From: Minisyncoccota bacterium
Lineage (GTDB): Bacteria > Patescibacteriota > Minisyncoccia > UBA6257 > JAGOQP01
Reading direction: 5' to 3'
DNA length: 64,000 nt
NCBI GenBank assembly: GCA_017991375.1
Contig: JAGOQP010000004.1
Coordinates: forward strand, 6,499 to 70,498
Below the pieces are notes generated by a model. That model did not search any database and was not told where the DNA came from. It saw nothing but the letters and a program-made list of their open reading frames with translations. Of the stretch, positions 37,896 to 47,594 are shown piece by piece. Positions within the stretch are counted from its first letter, which is position 1; each line of letters begins with the position of its first letter. The position numbers were made by a program, and so were the translations under genes.

Positions 37896-39092
37896 TTATT
37901 CCAGTGAATACTGATATAGCCGATCGTCGTATCGATTGATAAAGTAGAGATTATTTCCAACGTGCTGAATGGCATAAACATCGAGCATTGTTTCTCCAGA
38001 GTCCAGTATGGTATCAACAGATTTTTTTTCTACATCAAGACGCACCACAGTATCTTTGGTATATGTTGCTCTTTTGTTTATGTCGTCTGGCCACATAACC
38101 GTTCCCTCTTTTGAAGCCGCGTATGGAATCGCACACCATACCAATGCGTTTTCCCCAAACGCACACTTCTCTTTTATAGTCGAAAATGCCGCGTCAACAA
38201 TTGACGTTCCAATTGTGTCTATGATTCGCACCTGCATCGATCGTCCGTTATTACTCTTAAAAAGCATTGCCCGCGTTCCATTGGTATCCCATATAACTTG
38301 AATCCCATTGCCGCTATCTAAAACCGACGCTGTTTTATTTTTTATATTAAACTGGACTATTGACGCTTCGGTTTTATAGGAGGACCGTGGTGCTAGCGTT
38401 ATTACGTCTTTTGCCCCCCATATTATGTTCACATCTTGAATCGCCAGCGTTGTTATTGGTGTTGGTTTTTTACTTCCCGCTGGACTCTGACGAATATATA
38501 TCGTTTTTTCTGAAGCGCTCGTTTTGCTTAATAGAGCAATCTGAGTACCATCTGGAGAGAATGCAACTGATATCACATCAGGGCTGAGCCATTCCCATGT
38601 TTTTTTAACTCCATCAAAAAGGACCTTTTGTCCATTTTCTAATGTTATGACCGCGTATGGTTTCCCTAAAGCTCCTATAACCGATTGTGCCGTTTGATTT
38701 GCGAGAGAGAGTACTACCTGATGGGTACTCGTACCCGTGCCAGAGAAAATATCAACATTTTTTGTCGCATACCAAAGGATAGGCGTGCTCGTCGGAGATT
38801 GTTTTGAAAACCAATATCCGACAATGTTTTTATCTGAAACAATACTTAGACGCTTTTTTTGATTCTCATAGAATTCCAAAAGGTCTTTTTCTGTTATGTC
38901 GTTCTCCTGCGTTGCCCCTCCTCCGCCTTGATATCCAGAAGATGTAATAGGAAGCACGCTGTTGTTTTTTTGCCCACCCTCCGAAATGGTAAGAGTTGCT
39001 CTTTGTAGCCCAACATATACACCAACACCAATTGCTCCTATAATAGCAACAACTATCACGCTTATAATTATTCTTTTTCCTTTTTGATTCAT
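37896..39092 (-). CDS. membrane-anchored beta-propeller protein (PD40/TolB-like repeats)
   Basis: One N-terminal TM, then beta-rich repeats including FSPDGTQIA (PD40 signature). It is the last gene of the T4SS-like operon. Confidence 0.5.
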   Translation of the reverse strand: MNQKGKRIIISVIVVAIIGAIGVGVYVGLQRATLTISEGGQKNNSVLPITSSGYQGGGGATQENDITEKDLLEFYENQKKRLSIVSDKNIVGYWFSKQSPTSTPILWYATKNVDIFSGTGTSTHQVVLSLANQTAQSVIGALGKPYAVITLENGQKVLFDGVKKTWEWLSPDVISVAFSPDGTQIALLSKTSASEKTIYIRQSPAGSKKPTPITTLAIQDVNIIWGAKDVITLAPRSSYKTEASIVQFNIKNKTASVLDSGNGIQVIWDTNGTRAMLFKSNNGRSMQVRIIDTIGTSIVDAAFSTIKEKCAFGENALVWCAIPYAASKEGTVMWPDDINKRATYTKDTVVRLDVEKKSVDTILDSGETMLDVYAIQHVGNNLYFINRYDDRLYQYSLE

Positions 39093-39098
39093 ATAGTA

Positions 39099-39929
39099 TT
39101 ACAAACATCCCCCAGAGAGCACATCCCAATGATCTCCCTCGAGCGCGTAGATGGCACCTGTTGATGGGTTTTTATATTTCTTCGCCCCATCACTTGGACG
39201 AATCCCGACGTATGTAAAGTTTCCTTCTATGTACTGCTTTAGTGACTCATTGAGCCGCAGATCAACCTTCCACCCATTTTGATGCGAGCACACCCCTATC
39301 GAGTGATTACCTTCTGTCCCTGATGTTATAAATACTTCACACCCTGATCCTTGGCAATTTTGTTTAAGATTTATTATTTCGTTGATAATCGACTGCTTTA
39401 GGCCTCCCAACAACGTGCATCCTGTTGTTTGTCCTTCTTGGCATTGTGGTTTTGCTTCAACGCCACCAGCTTGGAGTCTCTGACGTACCGCGGCATCATC
39501 GCCCCCTGTTGCCGGTGTTTGATTGACTCCCGTTGAAAGATCTCCTGGTTTCACTTTTAGCTGTGTGAGGCCTGGATTTATTGTATTAAGAATAAGATAT
39601 GCCCCAAATAAAAGAAGTATGCCTATTATCGCTTCTTCAATTATTTTTCTCGCGTCGGCCAGTTTAGCGGGCGCCCCTTGGTTAAACACAACCATCAGTC
39701 CTCCATATACAATACGAATGATCGCAAGCGCCCCTGCTACTCCCAACGCGTATATATATATTTTATTCACAAAATCCGCTGGGTTTGTCGCACTAGCAAA
39801 ACTAGGGAATCCAAACTCAACATAGGTTGTTGATGCTGTGACCGATGAAGCGGCCTGGGCAGATGTCGCTGCTAACATAGCCCATACTACTACAATCATT
39901 CTTATTATGTCCGCTTTTGTTTTCATCAT
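39099..39929 (-). CDS. VirB2/TrbC-like pilin with Cys-rich C-terminal extension
   Basis: A long signal peptide is followed by two hydrophobic helices (IYIYALGVAGALAIIRIVYGGLMVVF / AIIGILLLFGAYLILNTI) separated by a short charged loop, as in conjugative pilins. An ~120-aa C-terminal domain with 8 Cys follows. Confidence 0.45.
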   Translation of the reverse strand: MMKTKADIIRMIVVVWAMLAATSAQAASSVTASTTYVEFGFPSFASATNPADFVNKIYIYALGVAGALAIIRIVYGGLMVVFNQGAPAKLADARKIIEEAIIGILLLFGAYLILNTINPGLTQLKVKPGDLSTGVNQTPATGGDDAAVRQRLQAGGVEAKPQCQEGQTTGCTLLGGLKQSIINEIINLKQNCQGSGCEVFITSGTEGNHSIGVCSHQNGWKVDLRLNESLKQYIEGNFTYVGIRPSDGAKKYKNPSTGAIYALEGDHWDVLSGGCL

Positions 39930-40633
39930 TGCTCTATTCTAAAATTAACGGCACGAGATGCTTGTTCTAGCTCGTCGGTTCTGCTTTGCGCGTTTGCGGT
40001 TACTTTTATGCCCTGTCCTATAATCGGTTCTTTTATCCCGACCTCCAATGCAAAGGGAGCGTTTTCGTTTGTTGTCACTTTCGTACTATTGATCGCCCAC
40101 CTCATGGCTAGATCTGCATTCTTCGTGTTGAAGAAGAATGGGAATGCGTTAACCCGTATCGCTACCGGCGATGTATTTTTTATTATTCTTGTTTTTGTCT
40201 CCAATACCAACTCGGGTTCACCTAGTGGAATTTTAAAAAACGTTCTTACAAATGATGCGTTTTGTGTTTGTGCGTCTTGGTAGTTAAACTCAACCTGTAC
40301 TTCAAGATCTAGCCCTCTAAATAGCGTTCCGGGAATTTCTATTGATTTTTTACCCACGCCTTTTTCAAGGAGCGAGTCATTTACATACCAACGTACCTCA
40401 CTTTTTTTAAGATCGATAAACTTTCCCTTATCTTGTGGATTTTGGCTGATTGCTTCGATAGAGGCCGTGACCGTTGCTTGATCGCTTGGGATATGTTTTC
40501 CTTCAAACCATAGCGGCGCGTTGTTGTTCGCGTGCCATGTCACTATGAAATGCGGCTGAGCGGCGTATGTATGCGTCGTAACCACTAACAACCACATCGC
40601 CCCTAATATTACTACAGCATTAGACCATTTCAT
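39926..40633 (-). CDS. secreted hypothetical protein (T4SS-associated)
   Basis: 235 aa with a signal peptide (MKWSNAVVILGAMWLLVVTTHTYAA). Its stop overlaps the next start by 4 bp within the operon. Confidence 0.4.
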   Translation of the reverse strand: MKWSNAVVILGAMWLLVVTTHTYAAQPHFIVTWHANNNAPLWFEGKHIPSDQATVTASIEAISQNPQDKGKFIDLKKSEVRWYVNDSLLEKGVGKKSIEIPGTLFRGLDLEVQVEFNYQDAQTQNASFVRTFFKIPLGEPELVLETKTRIIKNTSPVAIRVNAFPFFFNTKNADLAMRWAINSTKVTTNENAPFALEVGIKEPIIGQGIKVTANAQSRTDELEQASRAVNFRIEQ

Positions 40634-40666
40634 GTGGTTTAGTATAACACATTTTTATAGTTTGTG

Positions 40667-41206
40667 TTATTTTTTTAGTATTTTCCCCTTAATTTTCATT
40701 ACGTCGGCTGCGTGACCGAATGTCTTTTTAAACGATTCGGGGTTGTTCGTCTGCCATATAGTGAGCACTGCCGCTACCGTGCTGATCGGAAGCCATCCAA
40801 CAAATGGAACCATTTCCGTTAATTGAGCAACGATGTTCTTCCCAATCGCGGCGTCAACTCCTTTTAGGTATAACCACGCGACCGTCGCGGGCCCAAACAC
40901 TACCCGCGTTACCCAAATGGAGTCCCCCAAATCTCCAATAACAGCCATAGACACGTACAAAAAAATATCGACACCATCAAAACGGGCACTATTTTGTCTT
41001 GGTTTATCGCTGTCTAAAGAGTTTTCTTCTTCCTCGTCTGTATCTTTTCCCTCGTTATCTTCTTCGTCCTCCTCGTCATTATCGTATTCCTCTAATTCGC
41101 TCTCGTCGTTTATTTTCGTATTTTTTTCTCCTTCATCCACGCTCGCATCCCCTTTTTTCAAAAGGGTTTTATTTTCTTCTTTCTCCATCTTTTCCGATTG
41201 AACCAT
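40667..41206 (-). CDS. hypothetical protein with acidic N-terminus and C-terminal hydrophobic helices (T4SS-associated)
   Basis: The N-terminal ~70 aa are D/E-rich (EEYDNDEEDEEDNEGKDTDEEEE). The C-terminal half has 2-3 hydrophobic segments. Confidence 0.4.
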   Translation of the reverse strand: MVQSEKMEKEENKTLLKKGDASVDEGEKNTKINDESELEEYDNDEEDEEDNEGKDTDEEEENSLDSDKPRQNSARFDGVDIFLYVSMAVIGDLGDSIWVTRVVFGPATVAWLYLKGVDAAIGKNIVAQLTEMVPFVGWLPISTVAAVLTIWQTNNPESFKKTFGHAADVMKIKGKILKK

Positions 41207-41208
41207 AA

Positions 41209-42963
41209 CTAAACCAGTTGCGCTTCTTCTCCGAGAAGTTGTTGCGGTTTTGTGGTTACCACCTTGTCTTCAAAGAATGACGCGACTACTTGCATCGCCA
41301 CATGCTTGAGGCCCGCAAAAAAGAGTCCCTGCCCCACTCCGGCTTCTAGCAATAGATTCTTTTCCGCTTCGGTGAGATTGAATGTTTTTGCGACTACATC
41401 AACACTCGCTGGAGCTTGTTTAAGCAGTAATTGCAGTGATGAGTTTGTGATAATTGGCTTTCCGTACGGAGAACTAAGAAAATCTTCAACCTCTTGCGTG
41501 ATTGTTGTGAGTCCTAGGTAGTATTTGCGACCCCTTTTTGCCAAACTGAATAAAAACGCGGCTCCCTCGGGATATTTCATCATAACCCACGCTTCATCGA
41601 TAACCAGAATACGACGCTTCAACTGAGAACGTACTAGATTCCAGATGAAATTCAAAATGACGTACATTGCAATAGGACGAAGCTCTTCATCTAGATCGCG
41701 AATCGAAAACACCACTAGACGGTTGTTGATGTCTATGTTTGTTTTTTGGTTGATAAAGCCCGAATAGGTCCCCTGCGTGAATCGGTAGAGTTTTTCCGCC
41801 ATTATTCGCCCGCCTTCCATGTTGCGCAACACTGTTTCAAAGTCAGAAAGACGCGGGGGTTCCATGTTCAAGAAATTCGGATTTTCAGGAGTGATGTCAA
41901 ATGACGCATATGTCTCCGTTAGTGCTCTGTCTAAAATGGCTTCTTCTTCAACGGAAATGTCGCCAAGCATAATTTTCATCAAACCCGTCAGCGTGAGAAT
42001 GTTTGACTTAAACACGTCTGCCGGGTCTTCCCCAGGGGGAACTTTTGGAATATCAAAAGGGTTTATATGCTGATCGGAGGTGAGGGATACTTTAAAGTAC
42101 GTTCCTCCTACGGTGTCACATAAATTTTTGTACTCATCTTCCGGATCAATAACCAACACCTCGGTCCCCACCATAAGAGATCGCAGTATTTCCAATTTAG
42201 TCGCGTATGATTTTCCAGATCCGGATTTCGCAAATACAACCTGGTTTCCATTTTCGAGAGAAAAGCGATCAAAAATAACTAGTGTGTTATTGTGTTGATT
42301 TATACCGTACAGTATTCCCGTTTCCGACGTGAGATCCATAGACACAAATGGAAAAAATGACGACGCTGGGCCAGAGTTGAGAGGCGTTTTGATTTGAAGT
42401 TTATCATTCCCCAGCGGAATGGTTGAGATAAACCCTTCTACTTGTTGGAATATTGCTGGTTTTATGTAGATGAGTTTACTTTCGAAGATGTTATTGATAA
42501 TTTCTTCAAGTTCGTTGAGTTTCTCTATGGTGTCGGCATAGATGGTTACATACACTGCCGTTTCAAAGAGCCGTTCGCGCGCTTGTTGCAAGTTGTCTCG
42601 AAGCGCTTCCACATCGGAAAAAGCCGTCTCCAACATAGGGTCGCGTACGAATCCCTTTTCTTCTCTATCGGAAAGCTCTGCTTCTATTTGAGCGGCTTTT
42701 TTCCTCAGGTTTTTCATTGCTAGAGCTGTATCAACCGGATGCACGAAAATAGAGACATCAAAGAGCTTTGCCATATTCACGATTGGAGAAAACCACCCAC
42801 TGGATAGAAAGCGGGGATATGAGAACACAAACATCGTTTTGGCAAGTTTATTTCCTATTTTGATGTGATCGTGCTCAACCTCAACCGCCGCAGGAGCGAG
42901 GAGATTTTGCGTCTCTTGTTTATCTTGGTTGTTATATGGCTTTTGAAGACGGATGTCGTCCAT
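41209..42963 (-). CDS. virB4: VirB4-family type IV secretion ATPase (C-terminal ATPase portion)
   Basis: The Walker A is FAKSGSGKSY and the Walker B is LVIDEAW. Arg-finger regions and the TrbE/CagE-like C-terminus are present. It lacks the ~200-aa VirB4 N-domain. Confidence 0.8.
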   Translation of the reverse strand: MDDIRLQKPYNNQDKQETQNLLAPAAVEVEHDHIKIGNKLAKTMFVFSYPRFLSSGWFSPIVNMAKLFDVSIFVHPVDTALAMKNLRKKAAQIEAELSDREEKGFVRDPMLETAFSDVEALRDNLQQARERLFETAVYVTIYADTIEKLNELEEIINNIFESKLIYIKPAIFQQVEGFISTIPLGNDKLQIKTPLNSGPASSFFPFVSMDLTSETGILYGINQHNNTLVIFDRFSLENGNQVVFAKSGSGKSYATKLEILRSLMVGTEVLVIDPEDEYKNLCDTVGGTYFKVSLTSDQHINPFDIPKVPPGEDPADVFKSNILTLTGLMKIMLGDISVEEEAILDRALTETYASFDITPENPNFLNMEPPRLSDFETVLRNMEGGRIMAEKLYRFTQGTYSGFINQKTNIDINNRLVVFSIRDLDEELRPIAMYVILNFIWNLVRSQLKRRILVIDEAWVMMKYPEGAAFLFSLAKRGRKYYLGLTTITQEVEDFLSSPYGKPIITNSSLQLLLKQAPASVDVVAKTFNLTEAEKNLLLEAGVGQGLFFAGLKHVAMQVVASFFEDKVVTTKPQQLLGEEAQLV

Positions 42964-42965
42964 AT

Positions 42966-43628
42966 TTATTGTTGTTTTGTTGGTTCTTTTTCTTTGATCA
43001 ATTCTTTTTCTACCGCCTCCGGATTGTATAGATTGTAGTACAATTCTTTGAGTTCATCGTCATTGAGCGTCACCGCTCGTAATTCTATCCGCTCAAGTCC
43101 TCCAATTACTTGATCTATGCGCTGGCGTAGTTGAAACATTTTTTGGTCCATTGTTTCTTCTTTTTCTTTCGCACTCTGTTTTTTGCCAAACGGCAAGAAT
43201 CCAAGCAGACCCTTTTTCACCTCTCCTAGTCCAACTCCATCATAAGGAACTACGACAAAAAAGTTTTTTGTCATAATTTCATTCTGCTTTACAAAGTCCC
43301 GTATAAACGTAATGTGTTCACTTATCTGGTTGCGTAACAGTTCGTTTGTCTCCTTTGTTTTGAGCTGCTCCATGTACGTGAGATAGTTTTCTATATTGAG
43401 CTTCCTGGAGTGAATTACTATTTGCACTGAAAAATCGAGCGAGTTAAGAAAATCTTGATACGATCCGATAACCATTTCCTGTTCTTCTTCCGACTTAAGG
43501 TCAAAATTCATTCCCGTTACCATCAATACCGCTCGCATCGCGCCGTTTTTGAGAGTAACTACTCCATCTTTTATTTGTTCAACTTCAACGAATTGTTGCG
43601 TTGAGTTTGTTGATGATTGATTTGCCAT
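42966..43628 (-). CDS. VirB4 N-terminal domain, encoded as a separate ORF
   Basis: KDGVVTLKNGAMRAVLMVTGMNFDLKSEEEQEMVIGSYQDFLNSLDFSVQIVIHSRK...NFFVVVPYD parallels the VirB4 N-terminus of Agrobacterium (EDGSIMSIARIDGVAFELEEIE...FNTLLRNIADDHVSIYAHLVRH...FLTLVVSP). It ends 2 nt before the ATPase ORF, in a different frame. Confidence 0.6.
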   Translation of the reverse strand: MANQSSTNSTQQFVEVEQIKDGVVTLKNGAMRAVLMVTGMNFDLKSEEEQEMVIGSYQDFLNSLDFSVQIVIHSRKLNIENYLTYMEQLKTKETNELLRNQISEHITFIRDFVKQNEIMTKNFFVVVPYDGVGLGEVKKGLLGFLPFGKKQSAKEKEETMDQKMFQLRQRIDQVIGGLERIELRAVTLNDDELKELYYNLYNPEAVEKELIKEKEPTKQQ

Positions 43629-43737
43629 TTAATAGTGCTTTTCCGCTTCTGGCGGAAAAAGCGATTAGTGAATAGTGAAAAGTGGGGGAGCGTATGTCGT
43701 ATTTAGTATAGCGTATTTAAGAGATAAGCGCTATTTA

Positions 43738-44277
43738 CTATCTAAAATCAACCCGTTTCGCGACCTCGCGAGCGCCGCTCACCTTTCTGAAAACCATAAA
43801 CTGCTCTTTGATATCTCCGATTGATTTCTTTGCCACTGATTTTTCACGTTGAGGGATCGGATTTTTCGATGTGGTAATGTCTTGCCACAGTTTTCCTATG
43901 TTAGAAAGTCCTTTAAGCGCATTTCTAAGCGCATTTCGGCGTGCTTCTATATTTGTGGAACGAGTCAATGATGGGATTGTTATAACCTCTTCGGCCGCCG
44001 GCCGTTTCCATAAAAACATTTTTGGTTTCCATATAAACTTAAGCGCGAGTAGCCCAACCGCATATAGTGGTCTTCCATTTATTTTAATAAACGCGCTCAG
44101 AACTCCCCCACCAACCAAGACCACCGCGATAGGAATCCAGAATCCCAGGCGAAGAACGAAAAACAGAAAAAAAGCTACTAATGAAGGCGCCGCAATAAGT
44201 CCAAACTGCTTTAGAGTCAGTGGCCCTACGATTTTACTTTCTAAATCTATAAATTGTGGGACTTCGAATTGGGACAT
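43738..44277 (-). CDS. PrgI/VirB3-like small membrane protein
   Basis: 179 aa. Two adjacent TM helices near the N-terminus (LIAAPSLVAFFLFFVL / WIPIAVVLVGGGVLSAFI) are followed by a basic C-terminal tail. It sits immediately upstream of virB4, as in PrgI-PrgJ. Confidence 0.5.
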   Translation of the reverse strand: MSQFEVPQFIDLESKIVGPLTLKQFGLIAAPSLVAFFLFFVLRLGFWIPIAVVLVGGGVLSAFIKINGRPLYAVGLLALKFIWKPKMFLWKRPAAEEVITIPSLTRSTNIEARRNALRNALKGLSNIGKLWQDITTSKNPIPQREKSVAKKSIGDIKEQFMVFRKVSGAREVAKRVDFR

Positions 44278-44339
44278 GAAAAGAAACTAACAACTCACAA
44301 CCGACAACTAACAACGGATGTGATGTAAATAGAATTATT

Positions 44340-45227
44340 TTATTTTTTGAGAGTTAAGTCGTCCAGATTAACCGTGCCTTGCGGCTCACTTGGTTTTGGA
44401 ATCTCTGGGCTTTTGGGAGTGGTATAGTTGACCATTTTTATCTTTTCTTCTTTTTTCGGCTGAACTCCAAATTCTTTTACCGTCAGGGGAATTTTTTTCT
44501 CTTCTTGCGTCTGAGTGGCTTCATCTCCTGCTACTTGGATTTGCGCTTTTGAAATTGACGCTGTGGTTGATCGTGGAGTAAATGAAGTGTTAAATGATCC
44601 TTTATATCCTCCGTATGATATTTGTTTATACTCCTCCTGTGGGCGTGTTTGCGTGGCAGATGGAATTTCGTCTTTCTTATGGATAATAAATGGTCCGTCG
44701 GGCATAATCATTGTTCCCATTTTCTTCTCGGTGGGTCCTTGATTTTGCATGGGGACGCTTTTTAACTTATCAAACATCGCCGAACCGTCTATGCGTTCGA
44801 ACATGTCTTCTTTTTTGAGATTCACCGTTCCCGTGCCTTTGAGGTTTACTTCTTTGTCTATGCGTGGTTTTTGGATATCTTGTGATTGGACTGCTCCTAA
44901 TTTAAACGCCACGAAATTTTTTTCTATATCTTGCTTCCACGGCGCGAACACTTTTTCATCAACTGTTTGATATATCTGCAACGTTATATTATTCTCTGTT
45001 TTTATCACTTCTTTAAGCTCGTCAAATAGTTGCTGAGGCGCCAAAAATCCGTATATCACCAGATCACACGCATGGATAAGATTATTGATCTGCCAATCAT
45101 CCAGTTGGAATCTTTCACCGATTTCATATAACGCATCGTCTTTGTTTGGATCCTGCAATAATTCGCGCAAAATTATGGGAAGATTATCCCATCGTTCAAG
45201 TTGTTGTTGTGGTGTAACACTAACCAT
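44340..45227 (-). CDS. hypothetical protein (T4SS operon)
   Basis: 295 aa and hydrophilic, with no TM. It lies in the operon between the VirB6-like and VirB3-like genes. Confidence 0.4.
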   Translation of the reverse strand: MVSVTPQQQLERWDNLPIILRELLQDPNKDDALYEIGERFQLDDWQINNLIHACDLVIYGFLAPQQLFDELKEVIKTENNITLQIYQTVDEKVFAPWKQDIEKNFVAFKLGAVQSQDIQKPRIDKEVNLKGTGTVNLKKEDMFERIDGSAMFDKLKSVPMQNQGPTEKKMGTMIMPDGPFIIHKKDEIPSATQTRPQEEYKQISYGGYKGSFNTSFTPRSTTASISKAQIQVAGDEATQTQEEKKIPLTVKEFGVQPKKEEKIKMVNYTTPKSPEIPKPSEPQGTVNLDDLTLKK

Positions 45228-45233
45228 ATATTA

Positions 45234-47594
45234 TTACTTTCCTTTTTCACCACCCGAAGGCGGCGTTTGAGGAGTTGATGTTGTTTCTTGCTGAGGAGTG
45301 GCCCCTGATGTATACCCACCCATAATACTAGCCCTACTTGAAGCCAGTTTTTGCCCCAGCTCACTTAATTCTTGATCAATCACTTGTTCGCTGGATGTTA
45401 CGGCCTTCTTCTTTCCTTCCTTGCCTTTCTTGCTCCTCGTGACCCCTTGTTGCATTATTTCTAATTTTTTTTGTATTTCTGCTGGGTCTAGTATCTTTTT
45501 TGGATCTACTGATCCTATTTTGTCGGCGAGCTCTTTTAGTTTCTTTTTTCTTTCTTCTAATATTGCGACTTCTTTTTCTTTACCACCTTCCTCTCTCTTT
45601 TGCGCAATAGCAGTATCAACATCGCTTATTCTTTTTCTAAGACCTCTTATGCCTTCTGCTATTGTTTGCGTGTAGAAAATATCAAGATTTTTTCCTTCCA
45701 ATCTTGGCGCGGTTGAGTGGACTGCTCGCCCTCGACTGCTTACTATAGCGCTCGCATACGCTTGTCTAAATGTTGTCGCTTGATCCTCGCCACCCAGCCC
45801 TTCTATTTGTGGGTCGCTAGAAAATGCTGCCGATCCTACCGTCTCTGCCATTTGGCTCCAATCGCTTGGACTGAATTTCCCATAGAACGCTCCCGCAAGA
45901 TCTTGGTATTTTTTTCTTTTAATCTCTTTGATCTCTTCATGGGTAACCGGATCGCGTTTCGGAAGACCTGTTTCTGGGTCCTTTACTGTCTCCTCAACCT
46001 CAATTTCTCCCGTGGGCGCTTGCAATGCGCGCATCATGTCGTATGTCATGCCAAACTTCTTTTCCATATCGGCCGCATCTTGAGCACGACCAACTTTTCT
46101 CATTGTTTCTATCGCGGCGATGCGATCACTTAAAGACGTTAGCGCCACGACTTCTTTTACCTTCTTTTTCTTAGTGAGCCATGCTATGGTCGCGGCTCTT
46201 CTTTCTCCCGTCATGGTTGAAATAAGCTTCATTACCTGTTCGGGCTTCATGGTATCGAGCTCCTTTTCAAACTCGCGCGAGTATTCGCTTGAGACTTTTT
46301 CTGCCTCAAGTTCCTTTTCTTCTATCTTTCTTGCCGCCACCCCAAGTCCAAACATTCTTCCAAACCGGTTGGACCCCGCCGCAATAACTTTTTTTCTCCC
46401 CCATTTTCCCGGTTTGCTCTCTAAAGTTGCCCGACCCATGCGACCACCAGCTCGACGTAGTTTTGTTTTACTCCACGCGGTTGTTTTTTGGGTTGCTTTG
46501 TTTGCTAACCCCAGAGCCATTTGTGCTCCGCCACCTGCAAAACTAAGAGCAAATTTCATTCCAAATATCATCATTGCTAACACTATAATTGGTAGCATAA
46601 TGTCTCTAAACCGAGCGTTCCCTAAATTTGCCCCCACATCTTCAGTCTGAGCGGAAGGATTACTCGATGATCCAATATTCGAAAGTCGTGATGTGAATAC
46701 GTCTTGGCTCATGCTCGAAAATGATATAACGAGCCACATAAAAAGAAGAACAATCGGAACGTAAAAAACCCATTTATTGAAAACTCCCCACCATTTGCCC
46801 CAGTACGCTTTTCCAAAAGGTATTACCCTCAACAGCCATACCATAGGAGATATTATGAGCAGCATAGCGAGATAAAAATATCTCACAAAGAGAGATGCCC
46901 CTAACCCCAAAAAGACCAAGAAAATGACGAGTCCTACTACAACAGACACAAAGAGACTTATAGTATCTTGAAGTTGGATCGAGACGAAGTCGGTTATTTT
47001 TTGGAAAATACTTTTATCATCAGATACAATTAAGTTTTTATAATTTCCCACCTCTCCCATCAGTGAATTACCTAATTCATAGAACTGTTCAGTTCCTTTT
47101 CCTCCTATTTGTTCTATAAGGAAGTTAGAAAACACGTCGGATACCCGTATGATGGTCCCCGCAATAACTAAACTAAAATTCACTAAAAGAGCGCTTACGA
47201 TCAAACCAAAAAGCATTTTATTCCATACATATTCTTTATATCTAAGGATGGTCCCGATGGCCATCGCGATTATTGCAAGAACGAAACCCAAATTCGCAAT
47301 ATCTCTAAAAACTGTCCACCCTATATATATAAAACTCTCTTTTCGTGTTATGTCCTCTGCTAACAATTGGTTAAATTGAACCCCTACGTTTATTAACATT
47401 GCTCCAAATTTAACCAGAGCACCCGCTATACTATTAATAGTGAGTAAGATTGTATTGATTATTGGCAATGCTGGTATTGCCCCTATAAGGGCCGAGGCGT
47501 GAGCGGACAACGGAGCCACGATTAACACCACGATTATCGCTGTTATTATTCCTATGTTCTTTTTGTACCCCAACCACTTCATATTATTGAACAC
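45234..47594 (-). CDS. VirB6/TrbL-like polytopic membrane protein with long charged C-terminal tail
   Basis: The N-terminal ~400 aa have about 8 TM helices plus a large loop. The C-terminal ~380 aa are hydrophilic, Lys/Glu-rich and probably disordered, ending in a Thr/Pro/Gln-rich tail. The architecture matches the TrbL/VirB6/PrgH class. Confidence 0.65.
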   Translation of the reverse strand: MFNNMKWLGYKKNIGIITAIIVVLIVAPLSAHASALIGAIPALPIINTILLTINSIAGALVKFGAMLINVGVQFNQLLAEDITRKESFIYIGWTVFRDIANLGFVLAIIAMAIGTILRYKEYVWNKMLFGLIVSALLVNFSLVIAGTIIRVSDVFSNFLIEQIGGKGTEQFYELGNSLMGEVGNYKNLIVSDDKSIFQKITDFVSIQLQDTISLFVSVVVGLVIFLVFLGLGASLFVRYFYLAMLLIISPMVWLLRVIPFGKAYWGKWWGVFNKWVFYVPIVLLFMWLVISFSSMSQDVFTSRLSNIGSSSNPSAQTEDVGANLGNARFRDIMLPIIVLAMMIFGMKFALSFAGGGAQMALGLANKATQKTTAWSKTKLRRAGGRMGRATLESKPGKWGRKKVIAAGSNRFGRMFGLGVAARKIEEKELEAEKVSSEYSREFEKELDTMKPEQVMKLISTMTGERRAATIAWLTKKKKVKEVVALTSLSDRIAAIETMRKVGRAQDAADMEKKFGMTYDMMRALQAPTGEIEVEETVKDPETGLPKRDPVTHEEIKEIKRKKYQDLAGAFYGKFSPSDWSQMAETVGSAAFSSDPQIEGLGGEDQATTFRQAYASAIVSSRGRAVHSTAPRLEGKNLDIFYTQTIAEGIRGLRKRISDVDTAIAQKREEGGKEKEVAILEERKKKLKELADKIGSVDPKKILDPAEIQKKLEIMQQGVTRSKKGKEGKKKAVTSSEQVIDQELSELGQKLASSRASIMGGYTSGATPQQETTSTPQTPPSGGEKGK

